Positions 35,325 through 45,822 of a stretch of 64,000 bases of DNA are shown in pieces (position 1 is the stretch's first letter; each line of letters begins with the position of its first letter). The stretch is from an uncultured virus (IMG/VR IMGVR_UViG_3300042347_000998). Lineage: Duplodnaviria; Heunggongvirae; Uroviricota; Caudoviricetes. The position numbers were made by a program, and so were the translations under genes. The DNA lies in the IMG/VR virus record IMGVR_UViG_3300042347_000998; one strand, written 5' to 3'. The notes under the pieces were generated by a model that saw only the letters and a list, made by a program, of their open reading frames with translations, was not told the origin of the DNA and did no database searches.

Positions 35325-35678
35325 ATGTCTATATACGTAGTCAATATAGTAATTCCTTCTGGTTCTGATTTTAGTGAATCATTTTTTCTTGAAAGTGATG
35401 AATCAGATTCTGCTTTTAATTTGACTAACTATAGTGTGTATTCAATGATCAAAAAAAGTCCATTATCTCTGACAACAGCAGCAAATTTCAATGCTTCTAT
35501 TGTCTCCCCTCCAACTCAAGGTCAAATAATCATTTCTTTGGGATCTAGTATTACTGCATCGTTAAAACCAGGAAGATATTCTTATGATGTTTTAATAAAA
35601 AATAATTCATCAGGATTAAAAACTAGAGTTATTGAAGGAAGTGCTTTAGTTACAGCAGGAATTACAACAACGGTGTAA
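35325..35678 (+). CDS. small putative virion protein
   Basis: Late promoter at 35292; LKPGRYSYDVLI...RVIEG.ALV motif. Confidence 0.75.
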   Translation: MSIYVVNIVIPSGSDFSESFFLESDESDSAFNLTNYSVYSMIKKSPLSLTTAANFNASIVSPPTQGQIIISLGSSITASLKPGRYSYDVLIKNNSSGLKTRVIEGSALVTAGITTTV

Positions 35679-35681
35679 AAA

Positions 35682-36497
35682 ATGGCTCAACCATCAACAA
35701 GGCAGGGATTAATTGATTATTGTTTGAGAAAACTGGGATATCCAGTTTTGGAAATAAACGTTGATGAAGATCAAATTGATGATTTGGTTGACGATGCAAT
35801 TCAATATTTTAATGAAAGGCATTTTGATGGAATAGAAAGAGTATATTTAAAACACAAATTAACTCCCGAAGAAAAAACCACAATAAGAACAGGAGTTTCT
35901 ACAACCACTGCAACTAGTGGTGTTGGAATTACAGCAATTTCTTTTCAGGAATCAAATAATTTTATAAAATTACCAGATACTGTAATTGGAGTATTTAATG
36001 TCTTTAAATCAGATGCAAATACAATATCCAGTGGGTTGTTTAATATAAAATATCAGTTATTTTTGAATGATTTATATTATTATGGAGCATTGGACCTGTT
36101 AAATTATGCAATGGTAAAAACTCATCTTGAAGATATTAGTAGAATTATCACTCCAGATGTTCAATTGAGATTCAATAAAAAACAACACAGATTATATTTG
36201 GATATTGATTGGGCTATGGTTAATGAAAATAGTTATATTATTATTGATTGCTTTAGAATTGTTGATCCATCAGATTTTCCAAAAGTTTACAATGACTGGT
36301 GGATAAAAAAATATTTAACTGCACTCATTAAAAGGCAGTGGGGTCAAAATCTCATTAAATTTAATGGTGTCCAACTTCCAGGCGGAATTACTTTAAATGG
36401 AAGACAAATTTATGATGATGCAATTTTGGAAATAGAAAAACTTGAAGAAAAACTTCATAATGAATATGAATTACCACCAATGGATATGATCGGATAA
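35682..36497 (+). CDS. gp13: neck protein gp13
   Basis: YCLRKLGYPVLEINV, QWGQNLIKF.GVQLPGG. Confidence 0.95.
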   Translation: MAQPSTRQGLIDYCLRKLGYPVLEINVDEDQIDDLVDDAIQYFNERHFDGIERVYLKHKLTPEEKTTIRTGVSTTTATSGVGITAISFQESNNFIKLPDTVIGVFNVFKSDANTISSGLFNIKYQLFLNDLYYYGALDLLNYAMVKTHLEDISRIITPDVQLRFNKKQHRLYLDIDWAMVNENSYIIIDCFRIVDPSDFPKVYNDWWIKKYLTALIKRQWGQNLIKFNGVQLPGGITLNGRQIYDDAILEIEKLEEKLHNEYELPPMDMIG

Positions 36498-37873
36498 TGT
36501 CACCATTAAATCCTTATTTCTTACACGGTTCATCAAGTGAACAAAGACTTGTCCAAGACTTAATCAATGAGCAATTGAGAATGTATGGTCAAGATGTTGT
36601 TTATATGCCAAGAAAATTAATTAATGAAAAATCTATCATTAAAGAGGCAATTGTTTCTAAGTTTGATGATAGTTTTAGAATAGAAGCATATGTAATGAAT
36701 TTTGAAGGTTTTGGGGGACAAGGTGATATTTTAAGTAAATTTGGAGTAAGAACAACGGATGAATTAAATTTAATCATATCAAAAGAAAGATATGAAGATT
36801 TTATTTCCCCATTTTTGGTTTCAGATCAAAAAGTAAAAGTTGCTACAAGACCACAAGAAGGAGACCTTATTTATTTTCCTCTTGATAATTCTTTGTTTGA
36901 AATTAAATATGTAGAAGGAAAACAACCATTTTATCAATTGAATAATTTATATGTTTATCAATTGAAGTGTGAGATATTTGAATATGAAGATGAAAACATT
37001 TCAACAACAATTGAAGAAATTGATAAATCTGTTCAAGAGTTTGGGTATATTCAAACAATTACAATGGTAAGTTCCGGTGCAACTGCTGCATCTGCAAGTA
37101 TTTCAAATTTACCATCACCAAGTTCTCTTCAATATATTGATCTAATTAATGATGGAACTGGGTATTTGACAACTCCAACAATTCGTATTGAAAAAGCACC
37201 TGTTGGTGGAACAGACGCATCAGCAGTTGCAATTATGACATATAGACCACCAAGAAATGGTAGCTCTATAGATAAAATTTTACTCATAAATCCTGGAGCA
37301 GGATATACAGTACCACCAAAAGTTGAAATATTAAGTGATACTGGAACTGGTGGAATCGCAACAGCAGTCATTTCTAATGGTTCTCTTGGACAAATATCAA
37401 TATTAACTAATGGATCTGGATATTCTTCTGCACCAACTGTTTCAATATCTTCTGCACCTTCTGGTGGCACAAATGCAACTGCATTGGCATTTATAAATTC
37501 TTCCGGAATAGTTACAGCAATTAGGTATACAAATACCGGTGCTGGATACACTTCACTCCCATCTATTACATTGTCCTCTCCTGTTGGAACTTCCACTGGA
37601 AACTTTATATTTAATGAGTCAATCAGAGGAGTTTCTACAGGGACAACAGCATATGTTAAAGATTGGGATGCAGACACCAAAGTCCTTAAAGTTTCAATTG
37701 CAAATGGAAACTTTGCTCTTGGTGAATTAATAGTTGGTTCTAATGCAACTCATAAAGTATTTTCAATTCAATCTGATGATTTGTATGACCCATATGCTCA
37801 AAATACTGAAATAGAAAATGAATCAGATTCAATGTTAGACTTCTCTCAAAGAAATCCATTTGGTGATTACTAG
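36497..37873 (+). CDS. gp14: neck protein gp14 with internal repeat insert
   Basis: EQRLVQDLINEQLRMYG, RPQEGDLIYFP, C-terminal DFSQRNPFG. Confidence 0.92.
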   Translation: MSPLNPYFLHGSSSEQRLVQDLINEQLRMYGQDVVYMPRKLINEKSIIKEAIVSKFDDSFRIEAYVMNFEGFGGQGDILSKFGVRTTDELNLIISKERYEDFISPFLVSDQKVKVATRPQEGDLIYFPLDNSLFEIKYVEGKQPFYQLNNLYVYQLKCEIFEYEDENISTTIEEIDKSVQEFGYIQTITMVSSGATAASASISNLPSPSSLQYIDLINDGTGYLTTPTIRIEKAPVGGTDASAVAIMTYRPPRNGSSIDKILLINPGAGYTVPPKVEILSDTGTGGIATAVISNGSLGQISILTNGSGYSSAPTVSISSAPSGGTNATALAFINSSGIVTAIRYTNTGAGYTSLPSITLSSPVGTSTGNFIFNESIRGVSTGTTAYVKDWDADTKVLKVSIANGNFALGELIVGSNATHKVFSIQSDDLYDPYAQNTEIENESDSMLDFSQRNPFGDY

Positions 37874-37908
37874 TTATTAATTACTAAATAATTATAAAGT
37901 GTTTGATT

Positions 37909-38967
37909 ATGTTAGGAAATTATAGTTATCACGAAATTATAAGAAAGACGGTTATATCTTTTGGTACGCTTTTTAATAATATTTTAATCAAACACGAAGA
38001 GCAAGATGGAACTGATTATAGTTTAATCAAAGTTCCCATTGCGTATGGACCAATACAGAAGTTTTTAGCAAGATTAGAACAGAAGCCAGACTTGAGAAAA
38101 AGAGTTGCATTGACTCTTCCTCGTATGTCTTTTGAATTAACTAGTATCAATTATGATGCAAGCAGAAAGGTATCTACGGTACAAACATTCAAAACATTAA
38201 ATTCCGAGAATCAAAATAAAGCAATAAAAGTTTATATGCCAGTCCCATACAATTTGGGAATAAAATTAAGCATAATGGCAAAATATAATGATGATATGCT
38301 CCAAATTTTGGAGCAAATTTTGCCATTTTTCCAACCATCATTTAGTTTAACTATTGATTTAGTATCATCCATTGGAGAAAAAAAAGATGTTCCAATGATA
38401 TTGGAAAATATTCAAATGGAAGATAATTACGAAAGTGACTTTACCACAAGAAGAGTTTTAGTTTATACTCTAAATTTTGTTGCCAAAACTTATATTTTTG
38501 GACCAATTGCAGATAGTACAGAAGGTTTAATTAAAAAAGTGCAAGTTGATTACTATACGGATACAAATATAAAAAATTCATCAAGACAGTTGAGATACAC
38601 AGCAACACCAAGAGCAATTAAAGATTACAATAATGATAATACAAATACACTAACAGAAGATATTAATGAGTATGTTACAAAAATTTCTGTTTCTGATGCT
38701 TCACTACTGAGCGAAAATACTTACATTATGATAGAAAAAGAAGAATTACTCATTAAATCTATTGAAGGAAATGACTTAACAGTATTAAGGGGACAAGACG
38801 GAACAACGGCAGTTCCGCATTTAATTAATTCTTCAATTGATGTAATAAATGCGGTTGATGATAGTTTAGTTGAACCAGAAGATGATTTTGGATTTAATGA
38901 AAGTTATTTTGATTTTGGTGATGGAAAAATTTATAGTCCAACAAAAGGAATAGATGTATCATTATGA
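37909..38967 (+). CDS. gp15: tail sheath stabiliser/terminator gp15
   Basis: YHEIIRKTVISFGTLFNNI, KVPIAYGP.QKFL, LPRMSFE, QILEQILPFFQP. Confidence 0.95.
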   Translation: MLGNYSYHEIIRKTVISFGTLFNNILIKHEEQDGTDYSLIKVPIAYGPIQKFLARLEQKPDLRKRVALTLPRMSFELTSINYDASRKVSTVQTFKTLNSENQNKAIKVYMPVPYNLGIKLSIMAKYNDDMLQILEQILPFFQPSFSLTIDLVSSIGEKKDVPMILENIQMEDNYESDFTTRRVLVYTLNFVAKTYIFGPIADSTEGLIKKVQVDYYTDTNIKNSSRQLRYTATPRAIKDYNNDNTNTLTEDINEYVTKISVSDASLLSENTYIMIEKEELLIKSIEGNDLTVLRGQDGTTAVPHLINSSIDVINAVDDSLVEPEDDFGFNESYFDFGDGKIYSPTKGIDVSL

Positions 38968-39386
38968 CAAGTAAATTTGAAAATATAGACGAAGCATTAG
39001 AAATAGAAGCAACTTCTGTATCAAAAAAAATTGTAAAAAAATCAAAAGAAGCAATAGCAAGACCAATCTCTGGAGAAGAAAGTGATAAGGATTATGAATA
39101 CACACGAGGAAATTTGTATTCATTGATTGAAAAGGGTCAAGAAGCAATTGATAGTATTATGGATTTAGCACAACAAAGTGATAGTCCAAGAGCATATGAA
39201 GTTGCAGGTCAATTAATTAAAAATGTTGGTGATGTGACTGATAAGTTAATTGATTTGCAGCATAAAATGAAAAAACTTAAAGAAGAAGATGCTAGAGGTC
39301 CTTCTACCGTTAATAACTCTGTTTTTATTGGTTCCACTGCGGATCTCCAAAAATTACTCAAACAAGGATTTGCCGACAATAAATAG
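38964..39386 (+). CDS. gp16: terminase small subunit gp16
   Basis: DYEYTRGNLYSLIEKG, SPRAYEVAGQLIK, FIGSTADLQK. Confidence 0.95.
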   Translation: MTSKFENIDEALEIEATSVSKKIVKKSKEAIARPISGEESDKDYEYTRGNLYSLIEKGQEAIDSIMDLAQQSDSPRAYEVAGQLIKNVGDVTDKLIDLQHKMKKLKEEDARGPSTVNNSVFIGSTADLQKLLKQGFADNK

Positions 39387-39396
39387 TTCAAAAACT

Positions 39397-40575
39397 ATGA
39401 AAACTTTTTCACAATTTCTTTTAGAAGCAACTGACCCAAAGGGACCCATTAAGAAATATATGTCCTTAGAAGAGATTGCGAAAAAGCATAAAATCTCAAT
39501 GAAAACTTTAAGTTCCCAATTAGAGATGGGTATTAAAGTAGAAAGTGAACATACTGGAAGCAAAAGAATGGCAAAAATGATTGCCCTTCAACACTTAGAA
39601 GAACTGCCCGATTATTATACAAGATTGAAGAAAGCAGAAAAAATTAAAGAAGAAACTGCATCTGGAGATGAAACTCTTGGGGATTGGTTTAGGAAATCCG
39701 ACGCAATAGACCCCAAAACTGGAAGAAAAGTTCCGGGGTGGCGTCAGATTGGTGGACCATTTGCTGGTGCTCCTTGTGCTCGTCAACCTGGACAAACTTC
39801 TACTCCAAAATGCGGAAGTTCCAAGATGGCAGCAAACTTATCAGATGAAGAAGAGGATAAAGCATTTAGAAGAAAAAATAAAAAAGATCCAAATCAACCA
39901 CAAAAATCTGGTTCTGCAAAACCAACTAATGTTGCAACAGAAGAAACTATTATTGAGAAAAAAGATGCTTGCTACCATAAAGTAAAATCTAGATATAGGG
40001 TTTGGCCTTCTGCTTATGCTTCTGGTGCTTTGGTTAAGTGCCGTAAGGTTGGTGCAGATAGTTGGGGAACAAAAACAGAAAGTACTGATGCTCTTGCATA
40101 TGATTGGGATGGACCAATATATCAAGGGGAAAAGAGATATTGTCCCAACTGCCAAAAGATGGAATATATGAAAGAGTGCAAATATGGTCCAAAGTATTGG
40201 TTGTTATATTCTTCTGCAGTTGAACCGACATTTCCCACGATTCAAATTTATAATAAAAAATATGACCCAAATAGACCCCATCCAGCAAATGAGGAAGTAA
40301 AATATAATTACTCTGACAATAAAATAAAAAATATCCGAGAAATATATACTAGAATACAATCAAGAGGTTCAACTTATACTATAATTTTTAATTGGAGAGG
40401 AAGATCTCTTTCATCTCAAATGTTTTTCCCCCAATTCACTAGACCATCAAAACCACAGGTGACTTATGAACTGAGAAAAATATACCCAGGTGCTATTGTT
40501 TTAACTTTCAACCCTGCACCAAAAGACCCGACAAAACCTTTATTATTTACAGGAGAATTAGATGGATCCAGATAA
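39397..40575 (+). CDS. modular hypothetical protein, probable internal head protein
   Basis: Late promoter at 39379; starts MKTFSQFLLEA; modules GIKVESEH..IALQHLEELPDYYTRL and KKDACYHKVK..WPSAYASG. Confidence 0.75.
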   Translation: MKTFSQFLLEATDPKGPIKKYMSLEEIAKKHKISMKTLSSQLEMGIKVESEHTGSKRMAKMIALQHLEELPDYYTRLKKAEKIKEETASGDETLGDWFRKSDAIDPKTGRKVPGWRQIGGPFAGAPCARQPGQTSTPKCGSSKMAANLSDEEEDKAFRRKNKKDPNQPQKSGSAKPTNVATEETIIEKKDACYHKVKSRYRVWPSAYASGALVKCRKVGADSWGTKTESTDALAYDWDGPIYQGEKRYCPNCQKMEYMKECKYGPKYWLLYSSAVEPTFPTIQIYNKKYDPNRPHPANEEVKYNYSDNKIKNIREIYTRIQSRGSTYTIIFNWRGRSLSSQMFFPQFTRPSKPQVTYELRKIYPGAIVLTFNPAPKDPTKPLLFTGELDGSR

Positions 40576-40750
40576 AATTATTCTTGATTGTTTATCTAAA
40601 AATTTTGAATATGAAAGGATTTCAAGAGAATTAGATACTTGCGAAAATATAGAACAAGTAAAAGATATAGCAAAATCATTTGTTAAATTATATTTGAAGC
40701 AACAAGAAGTTATGACACAAATTGGTATAATTGATGGAAAAACATTATAA
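40562..40750 (+). CDS. small helical protein, possibly NblA-like
   Basis: 62 aa with a two-helix pattern, LSKNFEY...EQVKD...VKLYLKQQ; the NblA resemblance is by eye only. Confidence 0.55.
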   Translation: MDPDKIILDCLSKNFEYERISRELDTCENIEQVKDIAKSFVKLYLKQQEVMTQIGIIDGKTL

Positions 40751-42380
40751 GGGAAATCCCAATCTAAAAGCAGAAAATGTTCAAATTGAATTTACGACAG
40801 AACAAATTCAAGAATACTTAAAATGCAAAAGTGACCCAATTCATTTTGCAAAAAATTATGTAAGAATTGTCTCTCTTGATCACGGATTAGTTCCGTTTGA
40901 TATGTATGATTTTCAAGAAGAATTGATTACAAACTTTCATGAGAATAGATTTAATATTGCAAAATTACCAAGGCAAACAGGTAAATCTACGACTGTTGTT
41001 TCATATTTGTTGCATTATGCTCTCTTCAATGACAACATAAGAATCGCAATTCTAGCAAACAAAGCAGAAACTGCAAGAGAACTTTTAGGTAGATTGCAAT
41101 TATCTTATGAAAATTTACCAAAGTGGTTGCAGCAGGGTGTTGGTTCTTGGAATAAAGGTTCGTTGGAACTTGAAAATGGTTCCAAAATTGTAGCAGCATC
41201 TACCTCATCTTCTGCTGTCCGAGGAAACTCTTTTAATATTATTTTCTTGGACGAATTTGCATTCATTCCAAATCATATTGCAGAGCAGTTCTTCTCTTCT
41301 GTGTATCCTACTATTTCTTCGGGACAGAGTACAAAGGTTATTATCATCTCAACTCCAAATGGGATGAATATGTTTTATAAACTTTGGCACGATGCAGAAA
41401 GAGGAAAGAATGGTTATGTTCCACTAGAAGTCCATTGGTCTGCGGTGCCTGGAAGAGATGCAGAGTGGAAACGGCAAACAATTGCGAATACTTCCGAAAG
41501 ACAATTCACACAAGAGTTTGAGTGCGAATTTTTGGGGTCTGTTGATACTTTGATTACTCCATCAAAACTTAGAATGATGGTTTATGATGATCCATTAACC
41601 AGAAATAAAGGATTGGATGTTTATGAAGAACCACAAGAAAAAAATACTTATTTAATGACTGTAGATGTTTCTCGTGGAATGAGTAATGACTATTCTGCAT
41701 TTATTGTATTTGATATTAGTCAATTCCCATATAAGGTAGTCGCAAAATATAGAAATAATGAAATTAAACCTATGCTTTTTCCAAATATCATTCACGAAGT
41801 CGCAAAAGCTTATAATAAAGCATTTGTCCTCACTGAAGTAAATGATATCGGGGAACAGGTATCAAGTATTTTGCATTTTGATTTAGAATATGACAATATT
41901 TTGATGTGCTCTATGAGAGGTCGTGCAGGTCAATTGGTTGGTCAAGGATTTTCCGGAAAGAAAACTCAATTGGGAATTAAAATGTCCAAAACCGTCAAAA
42001 AAGTTGGATGTTCAAACTTAAAAACAATCATTGAAGATGATAAATTATTAATAAAAGATTATGATATTATTAGTGAATTGACAACTTTTATTCAAAAAAG
42101 TCAATCTTTTGAGGCAGAAGAAGGTTGCAATGATGACCTTGCGATGTGTCTTGTAATTTTTGCTTGGTTGGTCGTTCAGGACTATTTTAAAGAGATGACT
42201 GACAACGATGTTCGTAAAAGAATTTACGAAGATCAAAGGGATCAAATAGAACAAGATATGGCACCATTTGGATTTTTATCAGATGGATTAAGTGAAGAAA
42301 CTTCTTTTGTTGATGAAGATGGAGATAGATGGCATTTGGACGAATATGGAGATAGATCATATATGTGGGAATACAGATAA
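40734..42380 (+). CDS. gp17: terminase large subunit gp17
   Basis: Walker A PRQTGKST, Walker B IIFLDEFAF, ISTPNG, nuclease VDVSRG and NDDLAM. Confidence 0.97.
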   Translation: MEKHYKGNPNLKAENVQIEFTTEQIQEYLKCKSDPIHFAKNYVRIVSLDHGLVPFDMYDFQEELITNFHENRFNIAKLPRQTGKSTTVVSYLLHYALFNDNIRIAILANKAETARELLGRLQLSYENLPKWLQQGVGSWNKGSLELENGSKIVAASTSSSAVRGNSFNIIFLDEFAFIPNHIAEQFFSSVYPTISSGQSTKVIIISTPNGMNMFYKLWHDAERGKNGYVPLEVHWSAVPGRDAEWKRQTIANTSERQFTQEFECEFLGSVDTLITPSKLRMMVYDDPLTRNKGLDVYEEPQEKNTYLMTVDVSRGMSNDYSAFIVFDISQFPYKVVAKYRNNEIKPMLFPNIIHEVAKAYNKAFVLTEVNDIGEQVSSILHFDLEYDNILMCSMRGRAGQLVGQGFSGKKTQLGIKMSKTVKKVGCSNLKTIIEDDKLLIKDYDIISELTTFIQKSQSFEAEEGCNDDLAMCLVIFAWLVVQDYFKEMTDNDVRKRIYEDQRDQIEQDMAPFGFLSDGLSEETSFVDEDGDRWHLDEYGDRSYMWEYR

Positions 42381-42611
42381 ATGAATATAAGTGACCAATT
42401 TGAATTAGAGCACTTATTTTTAACAGAGAGAAAATGCAGAGTATGTAAAGAAATAAAAGATTTAATTGATGGTTTTTATTTAACTCGCAAAGGAAGGGGG
42501 GACATACCGTCAGCATATTCATATGAATGTAAAAATTGTACAGTAAAAAGAATTATACAAAGTAGGAAAAAAATTAGAAATATACCAAATTGGGAATATC
42601 CAGATTGGTAA
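42381..42611 (+). CDS. small zinc-finger hypothetical protein
   Basis: CRVC...YECKNC. Confidence 0.75.
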   Translation: MNISDQFELEHLFLTERKCRVCKEIKDLIDGFYLTRKGRGDIPSAYSYECKNCTVKRIIQSRKKIRNIPNWEYPDW

Positions 42612-42695
42612 TGTTCACGGGTGGTTTCCCCATTGTAACGTATCTAATTTATAAATACTTCTAGGCAAAATGAACTTCTTAACGAGGGGAAACAA

Positions 42696-45092
42696 ATGGC
42701 GTTAAATTTAGTATCACCTGGCGTCAAAATTAGAGAAGTTGACTTAACTGTTGGTGGAATTACAGCTGGGTCAAATCAGGTGGGTGCTATTGCCGGACCT
42801 TTCCAAAAAGGTCCTGTCAATCAACCTATTTTAATTGAAACTGAAAATGATTTACTTAATGTTTTTGGAAAACCGATTTCTTCAGATTCTCAATATGAAT
42901 ATTGGTTGAGTGCATCATCTTTTCTTTCTTATGGTGGAATTCTAAGAGTTGTAAGATGTGATGGTGACAATTTAAAAACAGCAAATGCTGGGGTTTCATC
43001 AACATCAGCAAATTTAAAAATTGAATCATTAGAAGATTATGATACTGAGCATACTTCGGACACTGATTGGTATTGGGCATCAAGAAATCCAGGTTCTTGG
43101 GCAAACAAATTAAAAGTTTGTATTGTTGATAGTCTTGCAGACCAAAGGATTTCAATTGCTACTACTGGTCTTGCTGTTGGTTATGGAGTTAGTACATCAT
43201 ACACAAGAGGATTTGCTGGTATAGGAACTACCTCATCGGAAACTGGAGTTTTAAAAGGAATTATCACACAAGTTAATGTTGGTTCAATAGACGTAAAAAT
43301 TCTCAGCAAAAATGTTGGTGGAGTTGATAGTGAAGTTTCTTATCAACAAGGTGGTACATACGAATTTAAGTCTTCAGATTCCATAGGAATTAATAGTGGA
43401 GGAACTCTCGTTAGAGTCAATTCATCAACAGTTACTAATATTTCTGCTGTAGTTGCAACTGCTTCATCCATTGTTCTTCCTGGTCCTAGTGTTACTGGTT
43501 CAACACCATTTGCAAGTGCTGGTTATTCAGTTGGACAAGTTGTAAGAACAGTTGCAGATAATGGAGTGCAAGTTCCACTTACTGCAATTGTTGGTTTTGG
43601 AACCACTAATGTTAATGGTTTGCAACAAGATACTTTACTTTTAGCAAGTAATTCTCCAGCTTCCAGTGGAACAACAACAATTGGTGTATTTAATGCAACC
43701 ACAACTATATCTGCCCCTTCAGATTGGTATGATCAACAAACTCTTGGATTGACAAATTCAACTGTTTATTGGAAAAATATTGCACCAAGACCAGGAACAT
43801 CTCAATATGCAGCAGAACGAAGTGCAAAAAATGACGAAATCAATATTGTTGTTGTAGATGATACTGGAGCAGTCACTAGTTCAGTTGGAAATATTTTAGA
43901 AAAATACCAAAGAGTTTCTAAAGCATCTGATGGTAAAATTTCTCCAAATCAAGCAATTTATTATAAAGATATCATTAGAGAACAATCTCAATATATTTTT
44001 GCAGGCATTGCATCAACTGGTGTTAAAACTAAATTCTCTACTTTATCTGGATATTCTGCAGCAACTGACACTACTTGGGGATTAGAGGCACAAGGAAATA
44101 CATTCAATTGTGTTGGAGCAAAAACTTACGAATTATCTGGTGGAGCAGATTATTCCGGTGTAACTAATAATGTTGGTGGTTATTCTGCAAGTTTATCAAA
44201 TGTAATTACTGCTTATAGAAAATTTACAAATCCAGCAGAATACTCTATTGATTATTTAATTAGTGGTCCTTCAGGTGGAACAACAATTTATGATTCACAA
44301 GCAAAGGCAAATGAGTTAATTGCAATTGCAGATTTACGTAAAGATTGTATTGCAGTTATTTCTCCACATAGAAGTGGAGTGGTTAATATTTCAAACTCAG
44401 AAACTCAAACTAATAATATAATTGAATTTTTTGGTCCATTGTCATCATCTTCTTATGCTGTATTTGATAGTGGTTACAAATACACTTATGATAGATTCAA
44501 CGGCACATTTAGATACATCCCTTGTAATGCTGATATTGCTGGATTGATGGCAAGAACTTCTAATAATTCTTTCCCTTGGTATTCACCTGCAGGATCAAGC
44601 AGAGGAACAATTAATAATGCAACTAAACTTGCATATAATCCATCACAAGAACAAAGAGATAGACTATACACAACAAGAATCAATCCAATTATATTCTCCC
44701 AAGGTGCTGGAATTATTCTTTTTGGAGATAAAACTGCTTTATCTTATGCTTCTGCGTTTGATAGAATTAACGTTCGTCGTCTATTCTTAACCATTGAAAG
44801 GGCAATTGAAAGAGCAGCAAGAGCACAACTCTTTGAATTCAATGATTTGATTACTAGATCAAACTTTGTTAATATTGTTGAACCATATCTTCGTGACGTA
44901 AAAGCAAAAAGAGGTGTTTCTGATTATGTTGTAATTTGCGATGAAACTAACAATACTCCAGACATTATTGACTCCAATCAGTTTAAAGCTGACATTTATG
45001 TCAAACCAGCAAGAAGTATTAACTTCATTGGACTGACTTTTGTTGCTACTCGCACTGGAGTTAGTTTTGAAGAAGTTATCGGTACTGTTTAA
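42696..45092 (+). CDS. gp18: tail sheath protein gp18
   Basis: SPGVKIREVDLT, PWYSPAG, FDRINVRRLF, KPARSINFI. Confidence 0.97.
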   Translation: MALNLVSPGVKIREVDLTVGGITAGSNQVGAIAGPFQKGPVNQPILIETENDLLNVFGKPISSDSQYEYWLSASSFLSYGGILRVVRCDGDNLKTANAGVSSTSANLKIESLEDYDTEHTSDTDWYWASRNPGSWANKLKVCIVDSLADQRISIATTGLAVGYGVSTSYTRGFAGIGTTSSETGVLKGIITQVNVGSIDVKILSKNVGGVDSEVSYQQGGTYEFKSSDSIGINSGGTLVRVNSSTVTNISAVVATASSIVLPGPSVTGSTPFASAGYSVGQVVRTVADNGVQVPLTAIVGFGTTNVNGLQQDTLLLASNSPASSGTTTIGVFNATTTISAPSDWYDQQTLGLTNSTVYWKNIAPRPGTSQYAAERSAKNDEINIVVVDDTGAVTSSVGNILEKYQRVSKASDGKISPNQAIYYKDIIREQSQYIFAGIASTGVKTKFSTLSGYSAATDTTWGLEAQGNTFNCVGAKTYELSGGADYSGVTNNVGGYSASLSNVITAYRKFTNPAEYSIDYLISGPSGGTTIYDSQAKANELIAIADLRKDCIAVISPHRSGVVNISNSETQTNNIIEFFGPLSSSSYAVFDSGYKYTYDRFNGTFRYIPCNADIAGLMARTSNNSFPWYSPAGSSRGTINNATKLAYNPSQEQRDRLYTTRINPIIFSQGAGIILFGDKTALSYASAFDRINVRRLFLTIERAIERAARAQLFEFNDLITRSNFVNIVEPYLRDVKAKRGVSDYVVICDETNNTPDIIDSNQFKADIYVKPARSINFIGLTFVATRTGVSFEEVIGTV

Positions 45093-45111
45093 TTAAAAGA
45101 GGTAAAAATCA

Positions 45112-45786
45112 ATGGCAAAAGAAACAATTTTCCCATCAGTAAGAACTTTAAATGATTTTAAGAGCAGACTAACTGGAGGTGGAGCAAGACCTAATCTTTT
45201 TGAATGTGTAATTAATTTTCCAAGTGCTGCCCTTCCTAGTAATATTGACGCAAATGCATTACAAGAAAAAACTAGATTTCTTGTAAAGGCAGCAAATTTA
45301 CCTGCTTCAACTTTGAGTGTAATTGATATTCCATTCAGAGGAAGAAATTTAAAAATTGCTGGTGACAGAACATTTGATCCTTGGACTATTACAGTAATAA
45401 ATGACACTGATTTTGTAATCAGAAATGCATTTGAAAGATGGATGAATTTTATCAACAAACACGAAGATAATTCTGGACAAATTAGTCCAGTTGAATATCA
45501 AACAAATATGAAAGTACATCAACTTGGAAGAGCAATAGTTGGAAAAGATATGAGTAGTAATACGAAAATTCCGCATTTAAAGTCATATGAATTTTATGGG
45601 ACATTTCCAACTTCAATTAGTGCAATTGATTTGTCTTATGATTCAACAGATGTAATTCAAGAGTTTACTGTAGATTTACAGGTTCAGTGGTGGGATGCCC
45701 TTGACGGAGAAACTCAAGATAGTATTCTTGGATCTGGAAATCAAGAAGAATTTAACTCCACTTCAGTAAGCACTGGAATTTTCTGA
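45112..45786 (+). CDS. gp19: tail tube protein gp19
   Basis: GGGARPNLF, FRGRNLKIAGDRTFDPWTITVIND. Confidence 0.97.
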   Translation: MAKETIFPSVRTLNDFKSRLTGGGARPNLFECVINFPSAALPSNIDANALQEKTRFLVKAANLPASTLSVIDIPFRGRNLKIAGDRTFDPWTITVINDTDFVIRNAFERWMNFINKHEDNSGQISPVEYQTNMKVHQLGRAIVGKDMSSNTKIPHLKSYEFYGTFPTSISAIDLSYDSTDVIQEFTVDLQVQWWDALDGETQDSILGSGNQEEFNSTSVSTGIF

Positions 45787-45822
45787 ACTATCTAAATAAT
45801 AGATATAGACTCAATTATTACT

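Noticed and set aside
39289..39396. Upstream ORF extensions in the track (39289, 50969, 1530, 60990)
   Set aside because: They overlap upstream genes or promoters; downstream ATGs fit promoter positions and known N-termini better
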